Source: Catajapyx aquilonaris (Eukaryota). From it: a DNA stretch of 64,000 nt. A program made the translations under genes and the position numbers. The notes beneath the pieces were generated by a model, which was given only the letters and a program-made list of their open reading frames with translations, was not told where the DNA came from and did not search any database. This document shows, one piece after another, positions 63,383 to 64,000 of this stretch (its first letter is position 1; each line of letters starts with the position of its first letter). The stretch covers positions 62,001 to 126,000 of the forward strand of contig JYFJ02000353.1 of assembly GCA_000934665.2 (NCBI GenBank), read 5' to 3'.

Positions 63383-64000
63383 GTAGGCCTGATTATTTCA
63401 GCGATTTGTCTCCGTGGAGTGAAATCAAGTCGAATTTAACCCAATTTTACTCGTAACACGTCGAAAAATATTGTAGAGGCTCATCAGTATAAAAATAGTT
63501 TCTACTCGATTATTTAATCATTGAGTATAGAAACTATTTATTTCCTGATATTTTGTACTGTACATAAGCTTGGAAGGGACGCCTCCAATTATTGGTAAAT
63601 ACGATGCAGATTTCACGATTAGGTGTGCGTTAATTCCAAAATCATTATCTTAGAGAGCACTTTCATTACCCATGTTCTATTGGGTCATTCAGATACTGAG
63701 GCGGGTTCACTGCTCAATTTAATGCCTGGGAAGGCAAGGGAGGGGCTGAATTAAATTAGCTGGGAGCAATTTGGAGGGGGAATGCCTGAGACTGTTTACC
63801 TGTTGTTAGCTACAGAGGAAAGTGACATTGTTTTGAGTCTCTAAATGAAATATATTGCGCTTCGAACTTGATCACGTCGCTTGCTCTTTCGTTTGGAGTT
63901 TTTTTTTTTCGTCCGGCTTTTCCGGATAATTGTTATGGCCAGCAATACTGAGTAATTTAATCGCGGGATGCGACGAGAGTGCTGGGCAGTGTCACACCGC

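Overview
Eukaryotic, intron-rich animal DNA; the conserved peptides point to an arthropod. There are no prokaryotic operons, CRISPR arrays or recognisable RNA genes, and almost all entries in the six-frame ORF track are non-coding noise. The window appears to be spanned by the 5' half of one plus-strand gene encoding an AIP3-domain scaffold of the SRCIN1 (p140Cap)/KIAA1217 family, whose arthropod members include Drosophila CG32809 and Anopheles AGAP005037. Nine frame-compatible GT-AG exons can be assembled from 54028 to 63382, and the gene continues past the right edge. Upstream lie a large exon cut by the left edge (1-364), a 39-nt micro-exon (4628-4666) and three candidate alternative ATG-bearing first exons (8600, 27952, 53827). 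All of these end in phase 1 and fit the same phase-1 acceptor at 54028. Inside the roughly 49-kb intron, on the opposite strand, is a complete five-exon nested gene (34859 to 32697) with a TATA box, signal peptide and AATAAA. It encodes a 137-aa secreted Gly/His/Tyr-rich peptide that the ORF track captures only in fragments. Also present: a roughly 340-bp foldback (MITE-like) element loaded with CRE, CCAAT, YY1 and X-box motifs, a smaller overlapping double hairpin, a degenerate TCGATA-rich repeat, several RFX X-box-like sites and microsatellites. All gene models are manual readings of the sequence and need RNA confirmation.
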